Shown here: one piece after another, positions 1 to 13,770 of the stretch | Layout of the letters: each line of letters begins with the position of its first letter | How positions within the stretch are numbered: the first letter of the stretch is position 1 | Origin: Octopus vulgaris | Lineage: Eukaryota | Length of the DNA: 64,000 nt | Reading direction: 5' to 3' | NCBI GenBank assembly: GCA_951406725.2 | Contig: OX597816.1 | Coordinates: forward strand, 98,642,001-98,706,000 | Notes under the pieces: generated by a model | Told to the model about the DNA's origin: nothing | What the model saw: only the letters and a program-made list of their open reading frames with translations | Database searches by the model: none | Position numbers and translations under genes: made by a program

Positions 1-247
1 TAAAGATAGATAGATAGATAGATAGATACATACATACATACATACATACATAGATAAAGATAGATAGATAGATAAATACATACATACATACATAGATAAA
101 GATAGATAGATGCATACATACATAGATAAAGATAGATAGATACATACATACATACATACATACATACATACATACATACATAAAGATAGATAGATACATA
201 GATAAAGTTTGAGAGATAGATAGATAGATACATAAATAAAGTTAGAG

Positions 248-283
<36 letters not shown>
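1..283. repeat. Compound (GATA)n/(CATA)n/(GA)n microsatellite
   Basis: Tandem tagа-type (taga) and taca units, then (ga)n, directly visible. Confidence 0.97.
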
Positions 284-1186
284 CTGAAGGTATAAAGGTA
301 TTTGATTATATTTCACTGAAATTGCGAAAGTGGGTGACTGATTGTACAGTTTCCTCATGAAAATTCTTAATATTTACGATTACTGCAAAAATCTTCACAA
401 ACTAATCTGAAAGAGAACATCCTTTCGTAGGTCGTAGGTCAGAATGACGGAAAATATTGCTTTTCATACATGTCAGAAATATCTCACATTCCTTGAAATG
501 TAACCCAGTTAACGCCATGAATTTAAGATTGGACGTCACGCCTCTTTAATTATTGCTCTGTTTTACATTGGCTTTTACCATATTATTTGTTTAATTACCT
601 TATTATAATCACCAGTCTGATCCGGATAAAGTAAAAGTGTATGTGACGAACTAGATACGGAGTGATCGGAAATCTATCAGAAACATTCATTGGTAGGAAG
701 GACACCATGAAATACATATAGATTATATGATTTCAAAACCTGTGAACCACTAAATTGACATATCTGTTGCAGGTGAATTTAAATTTTCGTTATATCGGAA
801 ATGATCTCAATGCATAAGAGTGTAAGATAACATATCCACTTTGTTGGAAATAAGAAGTATATTATAGGTAAAAGTTGAAAGTAGTATTCGAACTAAGCTG
901 AAAAGCTGGATTCCTGTATTTGCAATCAATAAAGTGGAAATTAAAAAATTTTATACATTATGCATATCATTAAAAGACAAAATTCAAAAATTTCTTTGTA
1001 CTTTCCTATGAACTAAAAATCCAGTATTTTTCTACAATTCTTTCTTTATATTATCTTATATATCTATCAGAAAACTTTACATTGTCCTCGGTTTCTGTGG
1101 ATATTAATATATATTAATTATTGATATAATATAATTTATGTTGTAATTTTATCTTTGTAAGTTGGACTGCATAGGAAATAAAGAAT

Positions 1187-1228
<42 letters not shown>

Positions 1229-1519
1229 TATTTGCATTTGAAGCTTTAAGTGAAAATTTTGAGCAGAAAGTTAAGTATGCGTTTCTATCTGTTAGATATA
1301 GTAGTAAAAAAGAACAAAGTAGAAATTGCTGGATGTTAAATATTAGAGAGAGATATTATCTGGACGCATATCTAATTTCAATGTCATGTATGAAAAAATA
1401 ACTCAATATTGAAACAGAGTTGAAATGTATAAAACGTGTCGATTCTTTCACATGGAACACACAATATCAGACGTTCACACAATTATGAATGAATTATTCT
1501 ACGACCAAATATATATCCG

Positions 1520-1857
1520 TACTGCTGTAGCCGCTGCTCCTGCTGCCACTACCACAACCACCACTACTACTGCTGCTGCTTCTACTACTACTACTACTAC
1601 TTCTGTCGCTGCCGCTACTGTTGCCGCTGCCAATATAGGTGGTGATGATGATAATGATGATGACGATGCTGATGATGATATATCGCCAGCCACTGCTGCC
1701 AATAACAGTGACACAAACGCTGCTGCTGATAATGCTAACAACAATTATGTCATGGTTGTCGTCAGTGGTCATCGTGGGCGTCGTCGTAGTCGTCGTCGTC
1801 GAAGTAGTAGTAGTAGGAGGAGGAGGAGGGGGAGTAAGGGAAGGAAGGGCAGCAGCA
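1520..1857. repeat. Mosaic trinucleotide low-complexity tract (GCT/ACT/GAT/CGT/AGT/AGG)
   Basis: Successive blocks of different triplet repeats; these explain the overlapping ORFs at 1425-1910. Confidence 0.85.
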
Positions 1858-2349
1858 TTAGTGTAAGGATGAGCAATTCCTGCAGATGGAATAATCTAAA
1901 TAAAGTTTGAGTATCAACAGGCATGCCGTTCTAAGATCCTCGTAGAGTGGCAGCTCGAATCGTATCGTCCCCCGAACCAACTGTAATTATCCTTTCATCG
2001 GAGCGAAAGAATATGCAACTTGATCTGATCAGGTATCTCTTGAGTGAAGATTCCATGGTCTGTATGTACTACACAACCGAAACTATGTAAGAATGGCTAA
2101 TTTCTAATTGAAACAAAGCTAACTACACGCAGTTTCTTCTTAGATTTACTCCATCACGATTGCCACTTCCAATCAAAATTAGCTCTTAACCATACCCACC
2201 GTCCAACGAGAGAAATTGCTACAAGTGGACAAGGAGTTAACTTTAACTTTCTCGGAATCAAATTGCAATATCTCCTACTCTTTTTGCTTTATTTACCCTA
2301 CCAAATCTGTTACTAGACTTAGTTATTTACTAGAGTTAAAGGATGCTGG

Positions 2350-2710
2350 AGTTGGTGAGTTAAGTTAATTTTTTTGCTCAAAAAGCAATGCCATGTAGGG
2401 GGACATACTTATGTACAGGGAGGTTTTTCATGCAAAGAGTTCAGGTCATTTCTGGTCAAGAGAGACTTTAAACCGAGCGGTCGTCGGCATCTTCACTATC
2501 TCGTCCGGCAGCTTATTCCACGGATCTGCAACCCGGACGAAGAAAGTCCCTTTCCTTCGATTGAGATGAAATAGTCGCAGATAGAGCTTTTCGGAGTGAC
2601 CCCGCAGCCGACGCTCTGGAGCAGGAGGGAAGAACAGCTTTCGAGAGGTTACACTTTCCGTTTATGATGTTGTGAGCGAGAATGAGATCACCATGGCGTC
2701 GTCGTTCTTG
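2350..2710 (-). mobile_element. 3' fragment of a CR1-group LINE, same family as 59485-60489
   Basis: Colinear by eye with 59500-59865 (gccatgtagggggacat...agcggtcgtcggcatcttcac...gtgagcgagaatgagatcacc); degenerate (TAAC)n tail at the left end. Confidence 0.9.
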
Positions 2711-3275
2711 TGTATGATAACCTAAAATACAAATAGGAAAACGCTACTTCATTGCTCACAAATTAACACAGACAACGCTAGATTACCACGAAAAGCATAT
2801 TCCTGGCAAATTATACTACAGATGATCGCTTGCAAAAGTACCCTCCTCCCGAAACATACACACTATGCTATCAAAACACAGGTTCCAAAATACAAAATCT
2901 AAGAAATCATTTGCAAAGGATGTAATGCATTCCATACATTACGCAATCAACATCCCGTGCTTTAGGTTACGCGGAACTCTTACATCAATAACTTATACAA
3001 CTCAGATTATACACTGTTTTAACTTATTAATATATTATAATACAGAGCAACCATTAGACCACAAACGCATAAGAAGAAAACAGAAAATACCAAACAAAAA
3101 ACAGCATAAAAGATGCGACGAAAAAGACCACCGTAATATAATACAACATTAATACATTATTATACAGAGTAAACACAATTTTACTTTGTCAAGTGACTGT
3201 GCTCCATGCAAAATTGTAATTCGGAAGTGCACTTCTGGTGCAGCAGAGACTCCTATGCAACTATTTAGAGCAGGA

Positions 3276-3450
3276 CCCCCCTCCTCCCCTCCTCCTCCTC
3301 ATCATCCTCCTTCTCATTATCACCATCATCGTCATCAGTAGCAGCAGCAGTAGCAACACAACTACTACTACTACCACCACCACCAGTACCTGCACCATTA
3401 CCACCGCCAGCACTACTATTACTACTACTACTACTACTACTGCTGCTAAT
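3276..3450. repeat. Trinucleotide low-complexity tract (CCT/CAT/AGC/ACT/ACC)
   Basis: Directly visible triplet blocks. Confidence 0.85.
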
Positions 3451-5275
3451 ACTACAAGTGGCTTTGGAGGGAAAAAACTTAAATAGGATTTTATTTATAC
3501 AATTATATATTCTTTTTTTTTTAACAATGAATGCTAGCAAAATAATACCAAGCAAAATTCTATTTGGAAGTTATGTTCCTCATCTGTCTTCGTACACCAA
3601 AGTCGGATCAACATATCTATAGAATGTTATATTCAAGATAAGATTATCATATATCGATTTTGAACAGTCTGTAATCACTACAACGTCTGCAACAAATGCT
3701 GTAAATTATGTAAACTTTTGGATATATTCCAATGAAATGTTTGCAGATTTGAATTGCTATTTATTTGTTTGTTTACAATCTAGAGAACTTCACAAGTACA
3801 GAATTAAAACACATTGTCAACAGAGTGGCTATGTCAGCATGTCATATTATTGATTTACGGCAAACACAGGACACCGTAAATTTTTATGGAGAAGAAATAT
3901 TTGATTTTATCGTCATCGGTGCAATTTTTTGTCCGGTGGTTGTCAAACTTAGGCTCAACATTTCAATTCTGAATAAAGAGAGGTGAATAAACTGCTGAAA
4001 TATATTTAGGTTAGTGATGCATGATTTTTAAATATCACACCGACGCTATTTTCAACAGTTGTTTATTTGTATTTCTAACCTGGTCAAAATACCTCATACG
4101 TTGTATGATGGGTTCAAATTTCTTATATCAACTTTAGAAATATCAGGTCATTTATCAGCTACAGTCGCAGTTAAAACCATATTAAGAAGCAGTGTAACTG
4201 ACTAATAAAATGCTTATCTTTAATTTTACCGATTCTTCCCACCACAATCACACATTCACACTTATGGTGTAATTTGTAGGATCGACTTTTTACTCACACC
4301 TCTTATCATTATATTCTTATGACTGGAAATACGAACCCTTTTGAAGTCCTAGTATCGTTTCTTTGTCAATTTTGTTATCCTGCAAGTGGTAATTAAACTT
4401 TTGACATTTTGGCATCGAAAGTGGATTCTTCAAAAAATAAAAAAAAATACCGTATATGAAAAGTGTGAATTGTTATCTTATAAATGCATAATGTATCTGA
4501 ACGAATGGGAAGGCATTATCAAATGGATATAATTATTCATAAACGTATTAGTCAGTCAGATGCTTTTAAGCTACAAGTAAACAACGTTGGGGATGTTTGA
4601 GATTCGATTGTTCATATGTCCACACCTTATATTTCTCTATGAAATGTATAAATGTGTAGATCATTAATAAACAATAATTGAGCTATTATGATATAAATCT
4701 TACTTTGGATATTACAAAATACCAGCTGATTTGTATTTTCAAAGACAAGTTAGTTTCCAATTCAATGACATATTACGTCGGAATATATGGCGAAATAAAT
4801 GTAATTTAATGTATGTGGGATATTATTCTCATTCAAGTTCAGTTGTCATATCCAATAACACCCTTCGGATACACAGCACGTATTCCATTTCTGTATGCCT
4901 CATTCTCCAGTAACTGGTTGATTAAGATATATCACTGTATAACCCACCAAAGATAAGGAACATAAATTCATATCTTACCTGACATTTATATCAGAAGTAT
5001 TTGTATCAGAAGTATTTCATTCAAACTAATTGTATGAAGTGAATAATAGAATTAAGGGTTTTCAAAGTATTACAAGCATAGGCCTAATATATCATAATGG
5101 GGTAACATAAGTGCTCTTGAAGCATATTCACAAGTAAAATGGGTGACATAATCAATATTCAATAAGTAAAGGTGAGTGTTCACCATATTACGCTTATGTG
5201 TTACGATAATACTACTATGCTACAAGAGAAACAGGGAAATACCTTATCGATGACCACTTAAAAAATCTTTATGTC

Positions 5276-6140
<865 letters not shown>

Positions 6141-6171
6141 CTTTAGACATTTGACACTTTTTTTTACTTTA

Positions 6172-6174
<3 letters not shown>

Positions 6175-6262
<88 letters not shown>
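6175..6262. repeat. (TC)n(TA)n compound microsatellite
   Basis: Directly visible. Confidence 0.97.
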
Positions 6263-6268
<6 letters not shown>

Positions 6269-6388
6269 GGCTTGGAGATGATGTACATGTATTATATATT
6301 AGAATAAATGAAGTACTCAGAAATATAAAACCTTCCAGATTTCTGAGTAACTCATTCCTTCTAATATATATATGTATATATATACATG

Positions 6389-6459
<71 letters not shown>

Positions 6460-6461
<2 letters not shown>

Positions 6462-7500
6462 ATATTCCGTGATGGAAGATCCAACGAAAAAAGTACTCCA
6501 TCTGGTGAGGGATGGATATTATATATTTCTAGGGCACAATGCATGTAACTAAGCGCCCCTTATTATTTTCATATGTTAAGAAATACTCAAACATATTCCT
6601 CAGGCGCAAACTACGTATCATAACGAAAAAAAATGAATAATAGAAGAAACACAAAAAAGCTGACGGGGTAGCATATAGAAAACGCAGAAAGTAAAAAAGT
6701 AAAAGCGAAAGACAAAAAATAAAATGTAAAAAATAAGTAAAAAGATAAAAGCCTAAACTCCTTAGACCTTAACAGATAAGGCTGGAAATAGATCAATTTA
6801 TTCAGAAATAGGCGGAATTTTCAAATTCTTCAAAATACATTTATACATATTCTTGCAACCATTGAAAATTTATGGCCTAGACTTCAATAGAGAATTAGAG
6901 ATCTTTGATCTGAACAGAATCTGCGATCTTTCAGCTAGGCAAATCCTGTATTTATTCGATCCATTCACATATGGTATGGATTTCTCAAATACTTTATATT
7001 TAGTCACGTGGTGTTTCGTTATCTTTCAAGGACTATACGTAGCTAGCCAACTAAGTAGCCTTACTTTTGTTCCTATGCCGGATAGAGGCAATGCGATTGG
7101 CATAGCGACTTTTAAATTCACCTTCACATAATCTATTACAGGTCTTCTTATCAGTCGCATTGTTATTTAGTCACAGTAACCTCTGCCTCATATATTATAG
7201 ATTTAATCATACAACATCAGTTAAAGGGACAGGATCCTGGGTCGTGGCAGTTGCAACTGAATTTCAGGCTCTTGGTGCTGTCAACGTGTAATGATTCTTC
7301 TGCCTTTGGAGCAGCAACTATATGATAACTTCACAGAGCGCCTATTAAATATTTTTCTGTAACTGTGAGTTGCTGGAAAGTGATTGTGTAAGAGAGCCAG
7401 TAATATGTTACTTGTGTTCTTCTTTAATATTGAAAGAAATGGGTGAGGCGAACCAAATAATCTTCCTTGGCCTATTTTTGGGTTTCGTCTTAATATTAGT
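6460..7500 (-). mobile_element. Degraded 3' part of a Penelope-like element with C-terminal GIY-YIG (Nematis-like, clade tentative)
   Basis: Minus-strand translation gives RKIIWF, LLHNHFPATHSYRKIFNRRSVKLSYSCC, CNCHDPGSCPFN*CC..IIYEAEVT, LCEGEFKSRYAN and YV*SLKD, with stops and frameshifts. Confidence 0.85.
6551..6610 (-). ncRNA. Hammerhead-ribozyme-like motif in the PLE 3' region
   Basis: Minus strand gcgc-CTGAGGA-ATATGTT-(12 nt)-AACATAT-GAAA: intact CUGANGA and GAAA cores with a perfect 7-bp stem II. Stem III, cleavage site and stem I are degenerate. Confidence 0.55.
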
Positions 7501-7510
7501 CTGATTATTA

Positions 7511-7546
<36 letters not shown>

Positions 7547-7600
7547 TATATGTATGTATGTTTGTATTTTATATATGTGAGTTTGTATGCATGCATTTAG

Positions 7601-7633
<33 letters not shown>

Positions 7634-7705
7634 CACACACACATACATACGTACGTACACACATACATGCATATACACATATATAAACACACATACACAC
7701 ACACA

Positions 7706-8925
7706 CGTTAATAGGCTAAAGAAGACTACTTCGCATGGGATGTGACCAAAAGAGATTTATTTTAAATATAATCATCTTTGCAGTCCGCACACTTCTTCCA
7801 TCGGTGTTCAAGGACTTGCATCCCATTGGTGAAAATGGTGTTTTACTGCAAGTGAAAAAAAATCAAAAACATCAGATATGACGTCATCATCACAGCAATA
7901 TTGGTTCTCACCCAAGAGTGTTTTTTTAAATGATGGGGAACAGATGATAGTAAGATGGGTCTAAATCAGAAGAATAGGGAGGGTGATGAAACAGTTCAAT
8001 ATCACAGTCAAGCACGGCAGCCATTGAAACTAAGTTATCGTGTGTTGGAACATTGTCCTGATCACACAAGCCCCCTTTCATCAGTTTTCATGTGCGTTTA
8101 TTCTTGATAGCCTTTCGTAACTGCTGGTGTAGCCCTTTTGTCGATAGTCAAGAAACACAATACCTTTGTTACTCAGAAACACTGAGACTGTTAATTTGTC
8201 TGCAGGAGAAAGGACTGTGGCCTTTGCTAGCGGAGGCGACAGAGAGTGTTTCCACATCATGGATTGTCTCTTTGTGTCTGACTCAAAGTGATGTACCCAA
8301 CTTTCATCCTGGCTAGGAAACGTTCAAGGAAACCAGCAGTATCTGTCTCAAACATTGCCAGATTTTCCTACGATAAGATCAATGTGATGCGAGTTTGATC
8401 AGGTGGCAGAAGACCCTCATCACGCCAAGTTCGTTGTCCAGAATATTGTTAATTCTCTCACGAAAGATTGGCTATTCGATTTATAGATAATCAGTTGTCA
8501 TCTATGACCATGTAATAAACACCACCGAACTCGGTGGTGAAAGTAGCAAGGCGATCAGTTGTTGGCTCATCATCAAGATTCTCCTTTTTCTCCTCCTCAA
8601 CTCAGCTGCCCACATTTGAATTGTTAATCGAGCTGAAGCGTCATCCCCTAATGTAGCAAACATATCAGTATGAATGTTGTTGAGGAATTCAATACTTTTA
8701 CTGCAGATAGTTGATAGCACAACGTGGCCAAATTTTGTAAATTTTCAAGAGAAATCTCCACTTGTTGCATTTGAAGGCTTATTTGAACAGTCATATTTCA
8801 GTTTACCTGGGAAGAAATAATACAGTTATAAATAACAAATGCTAAGTTAACGAATGCACGATTTCACTACTCTAGAATCATTTGTTCACAATGAGCATAT
8901 GAACATTTCAGCCCACCCTTGAGTA
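7706..8925 (-). mobile_element. Degraded near full-length mariner (Tc1/mariner) transposon
   Basis: Minus strand shows HTH region IHTDMFATLGDDASARLTIQMWAAELRR, then QDNVPTH, HPPYSSDLDPSYYHLFP (YSPDLAP motif) and HRWKKCADCKDDYI*. TIR-like gaacatttcagcccacccttg..ta at 8901-8925. Confidence 0.9.
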
Positions 8926-8967
8926 TGTGTAAATAAATTTATGTATGTATGTATGTATGTACGTACT

Positions 8968-9025
<58 letters not shown>

Positions 9026-9324
9026 CATATGTGTGTGTGTGTATGTGGGTGGGTGTTTAGAGGGATCTATTATCGGAGCGGATACCGTGGTAGTTCTCAG
9101 GTATGCTTCGATTAGTATTAACGTCTATGACTACAAGGAGTTATCACTCACGCTGTAAATTTCTTCAATAGGTAATTCTGTGTCCGCTTCACTGGATGGT
9201 AATATTATATGGATTGTATATTGTCAATAATTATAACGATAGCAAATGTGGAGACAGGTACATCCACAAGATGTATTTCGTTTTATTTTACAATATCATA
9301 TAAATATATTGTTATAGTTACGAG

Positions 9325-9390
9325 GACTTACACGTGTTTCCACTGCACAGAATGTACAGTTGCATATGCAGCATAATTTTCAGTGCAACC
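9325..9390 (-). ncRNA. Degenerate PLE-type hammerhead relic
   Basis: Minus strand CTGAAAA...CTGCA(loop)TGCAG..GAAA-CACGTG-TA, with palindromic stem III and a GUA site. A core G is mutated and stem I is broken. Confidence 0.4.
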
Positions 9391-11253
9391 TCGTTTTGGG
9401 TCTTTCACTCTGCTTGGCTCGAAACGAACTGAATTCAGTTATTTTTTTTATTGTTTAGAGTTCAAGGGGAAGTGAGGGGAGGTAGTTTTGAATCTGAAAT
9501 CTCATCTGTTAATAAACTTATATGATTGACCTCGATTCCACACCAGCTGCTAGCCAAAGTCAGGTTCTATCTAATTAGTTTGTTTCTATTTTGTAGTAGA
9601 GAGGTACATAATAAGTTTACTTTCAGGTATAACTCTTCTAATGTATTTTATTGTAGAGTGGTCCGGTTTCATGTTATGCTCTTAGTTATCCAGATATTTT
9701 CGTGCCAGTTGTATTTATTATACTGAGTAGTAGAAACGGAAAGGAATATTTGTTGTGTGTGTGGTAGTAAGAGTCTGTATATAGCGTGGGCGTGTATGAG
9801 TGTGTATATGTGTTGTAGTAAATGTGTTCTTGTGTTCGTGTAAGTCGTCTAATGTACGTATATATAAATACGTGCGCATATGTGAGAGTGCGCGTGTGTG
9901 TGTATTTGATTATGTGTACCTATCTTTGCTTGTGTGTTTGCGTAGTCTAAACATCCATTAACGATGAAAAACAAGATCTAATATATTAGTTTATCAATAG
10001 CCAAATAACCAATTGATTTCATAGTTGATGATGTGACCCACCCAAGGTCTGCAGAAATGGCTGATATGAATAGTATGTCGTGTATGTTTCTTATTATATT
10101 GGAGGACTGGAAGTTCCACATTTGATTCTGTGTCTACCAGCTATTTTATCAGACTGGAAAGAAATTTGTGGACGAACCCACCTAGAAAACACATCGAAAA
10201 ATATATTTAGGCCATTCGATCAATTGTCTCTTGAATGGAATCGACCAGTTGACTAAAGTACATCTGTACTCATGAGGGAAAGAGCAAAAATCTTGCGTGT
10301 TACAGATTAGATATATACCTGAGTGAAGGGATTCTTCCGTGTGATGCTTTCCTCAGTCAAACATAGCCTGCAGCTTCTACTATTATTTTAAAAGTAAATT
10401 TCGTTCATTGAAGTCATAATTCCAGCATTTTCCTACAATGTCCACATCTGCCAGGCTAGCTAAAGGACACTTTACTTCGCCTGGGTAATGTACAATGTTC
10501 AACTTGTTGTTGAATATAATTCCAAAGAAAACAAGTATTAGTAAACGTTCGAACCTAAACAAAAGCGATATTCCTTAATCTCTTAGATTCTGGAAAACAT
10601 TTAACACTAATACTTTGAGAGGAACTTATAGCTGTTCCTTTAACATTATCTATATATTCAACTAACCAAGCGACGTTCTAATTTTGTTATTGCTGTCTAA
10701 ATAATATGTACTGACATTAACACAATGTCAGAAACACTTATATTGAGATATATACAAATATATATATACATATACACTCGCAAGCAAACCTATAATTATG
10801 TATGCATATGTAAAAACGTATATAACCTATTTATTTTAAAATTTATATGGACGTATACCTTATATACGCATTAAAATGCGACATCCTGTTCACGTGTTAA
10901 TGTCTGTTGCAATATTTTGAACTCACGAGAAGGTAAATAAATAAAACAAAGCATTCAGAAACAATTACAGTATCTTTTTCTGGAAATATTATTATACACA
11001 GCGGCATCACTCTTGGATGTATCACGAATAACAGAGTTTAAAAAAAAATGCATTATTATGCATTTAATTCTGTCCAATATATTTCACATAACAATTCGGA
11101 ATTTCTGATATAGTTTAATCTGATTCAGAAATTTGTTAACTATAAATAGGTTTTGGTAATTCAAAGGAGGCATTACCAGAGTTAAAGTGGGACTGTACAA
11201 TTTAATAAATGTCACTAACATTTGCTATATACATATATGCATAATATGCGCGT

Positions 11254-11431
11254 ATATTTCATTTCCTCCGACTCTGTCATTTCATATGGAAGGGTTCCTT
11301 TGACAGTAACACACACGCACACACACAATCCGATGCACGCACGCACACACGCACACACACACACACATATATGAGGGGTATGATCAATAAGTATCTGGAC
11401 TCTTGCCATACTAACGACGCTAAAACATGCA
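11254..11431. repeat. Inverted copy of 12256-12389 (mariner right end plus flanking DNA)
   Basis: atatttcatttcctccgactc...taaaacatgca is the reverse complement of tgcatgttttag...gagtcggaggaaatgaaatat, apart from substitutions and a longer (CA)n. Confidence 0.92.
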
Positions 11432-11440
11432 TATATATAT

Positions 11441-12316
11441 GTAAGCGGTCTGATCAATAAGTATTCGCACTGTTCCCATAGTAACGAAGCTAAAGCACGC
11501 AGAGTAATGCCGCTTAACAATAATTGACCTTGATCGCTACTGTGTATACGCACTAGAGTTTAACGTTCACGCTCACCTCCGCTGATTTTCTGCAGTGCTT
11601 CGAAGGAGGGTGTGTAGCGTGTGATCGTCGCATTGACCATGACGGAGAAAATCGTCATGGCGATACCTGCTCAGAGGCCTACGCAATTTGCAGAAAGTGT
11701 ACGGAGAGGAGTGTATGACCCACACACAAGTGTACGAGGGGTTCAGACATTTCCAAGATGGCCGAAAATGTCGATATTGACGAACGTTCTGGAAGACCCG
11801 CAACTAGCAGAACAGAGAAAAACAACGCAGATGTTCGTGCAGGTGTGAGGGGAAATTGTCGAATCACCCTCCATGAGTTATCACAGGATGAGCACATTAG
11901 TAAATGTTCAGTTCTGTCTATTATCACTGAAGACGCGTGCATACCAAGTGCATGCTAAAATTGCATTCAGTTGGCCAAAAGACACTCTGGTTTCAGTTGC
12001 AAAAGATCTTGATTATGTCGAGAACAATGAAATCATTTTTGAAAACCTTACGCAGGCTTCTGAGCAGGTATCGCTAAGCTTTTAGAAGAATTTGACGCAG
12101 ATTATCTACTCAGCTTACTCTGCCATGGCCATGCGACAATCACACGCTAAACACCTTCCATCCAAGCACTGCTCTAAACAGTGGAAGAGAGCTACAACGT
12201 TAAAACTTAGAGCACAGCAGATTTCAAACTCAGTCGGTGCGAAGCGGCTACCTTCTGCATGTTTTAGCGTCGTTAGTATGGTAAGAGTCCAGATATTTAT
12301 TGATCAGACCCCTGAT
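11441..12316 (+). mobile_element. Internally deleted mariner-type element with long (~200 bp) imperfect inverted termini
   Basis: Termini gcggtctgatcaataagta and atatttattgatcagacccc, in TA context. Internal HTH remnant DIDERSGRPATSRTEKNNADVR...RITLHELSQDEHISKCSVLSIITED. Confidence 0.88.
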
Positions 12317-13654
12317 ATATATGTGTGTGTGTGTTACTGTCAAAGGAATCCCTCCATATGAAATGGCTGAGTCGGAGGAAATGAAATATTGGAAAACGTC
12401 ACTCATAATATCTGAATTACTGCAGCTGCCTGGACTTCCACCTAAGTTAATTGTCTGCTTATATTCTGCTTATATTCTAATATTCTTACAAGTGTTCACT
12501 ATGCACCACGTCTGTAACTTGAGTCCATATACAACTACAAGTCTGATTATATTGTAAGATCTCGTACAGAATAATATGCACAATTCCTTATAGGTTTTAG
12601 TCATAAATAGTATCTAAAATTATAATTAAAACTACTTCGTGATTTCTTTACTTCCATAGGAGATGTGTTTTAGGTACACAAATCGTAATTGTCAAAGAAA
12701 CTGATAATTCCTGACGTTGGAGGACAAAGAAATGTTGCTATAAGGTAAACTAACTTTTCTTTAGTATCAGTTGTTACACTGAAACATATCACCAAATCCC
12801 CCTCTCTCTAGTAGTTTATTGTATGACAGATTGTTAAGATTAACATTCTTGACCTCATTTGTATAAATTTGACTTGTATCGTGCTAGCATTTTTTCTACA
12901 TTTTAATTCAATTTTATATTTAATTAAATTCTATGTATGTACGTTGAACTTCAATTTCTTCTAATTAACTTCTGAGAATCACTAAAGAATGTAATAAAGC
13001 TTTATTTTCTATCTATGACGAAATAGATTTTAATTTTGTTTTAAACTTTAGATTAGTGTGAACTTCATAATACCAGGAATAAATACTAGATCCAATAGAT
13101 TTGAACTTTCTTAAGACTTCGGAATTATTACCTTATGAATTTCAATCTATTCAGTGAAAATAGTGAGCATTACTTAATGAATAAATAGTACAAATTTTTG
13201 CGTGGACATATTAGAAGATATGCACATTCACGTTAATATATAACGACAGTTTTAAATTACCTCTCACTCAGCAACTAGAAGGAAATTAATAAAATGCTAT
13301 TTTAAATAATGGACAGACTATTCGATGCATTTGTAATTCATAGTTGCTGAAAAATTTATTCTTATATCAAGAGTTCACTTTTCCAAATAACACTATAATA
13401 GGTATCTATTCAACATGTTTTTACTTCATTTAATTGTTATGCACATATGTGTGTCTGTGGTGGATATGTATCTATGACTGTATGTATATTTGTGTATTTC
13501 AACTAAAGAGACATGTAGTGAGTGATCAATGTCTATAGTCATCATTTTGTGTCATCGTTGTGAACAATATTTTTGCGTTCTACACGTCATGTTTTACAAT
13601 CAGTCTTGTTGAGTAAAAGCACGTTGGACAAAAGACGTAACCGCATTCCTTCCT

Positions 13655-13770
13655 GACTTTTGTGTTCTGACATCAAATTGAGCCGAGGTCGGCTTTCTCT
13701 TTCATCCTTTACATGTCGATAAAATTAGTGCCACTGGAACACCGGCTCGATGTGATCGACTAGTCCTCTG
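13655..13770 (+). mobile_element. Degraded SINE body, same family as 28352
   Basis: gccgaggtcggctttctctttcatcc...gtcgataaa...gatgtgatcgact motif series. Confidence 0.7.

Noticed and set aside
1425-1910. 161-aa ORF with poly-T/A/D/R runs
   Set aside because: It is a mosaic of triplet microsatellites, open in several frames on both strands, with no domain or splice support.
6853-7131. 92-aa plus-strand ORF (similarly 18667-18990, 30038-30301, 59556-59867 and minus-strand 45653-46054)
   Set aside because: Antisense shadows of TE coding remnants on the opposite strand.
7210-7225. In-frame TGA beside cysteines (CPFN*CC) in the PLE, as a possible selenocysteine
   Set aside because: The position is normally Gly (GGA to TGA), the copy has many other stops and frameshifts, and selenoprotein PLEs (Naiads) have an N-terminal endonuclease, unlike this element.
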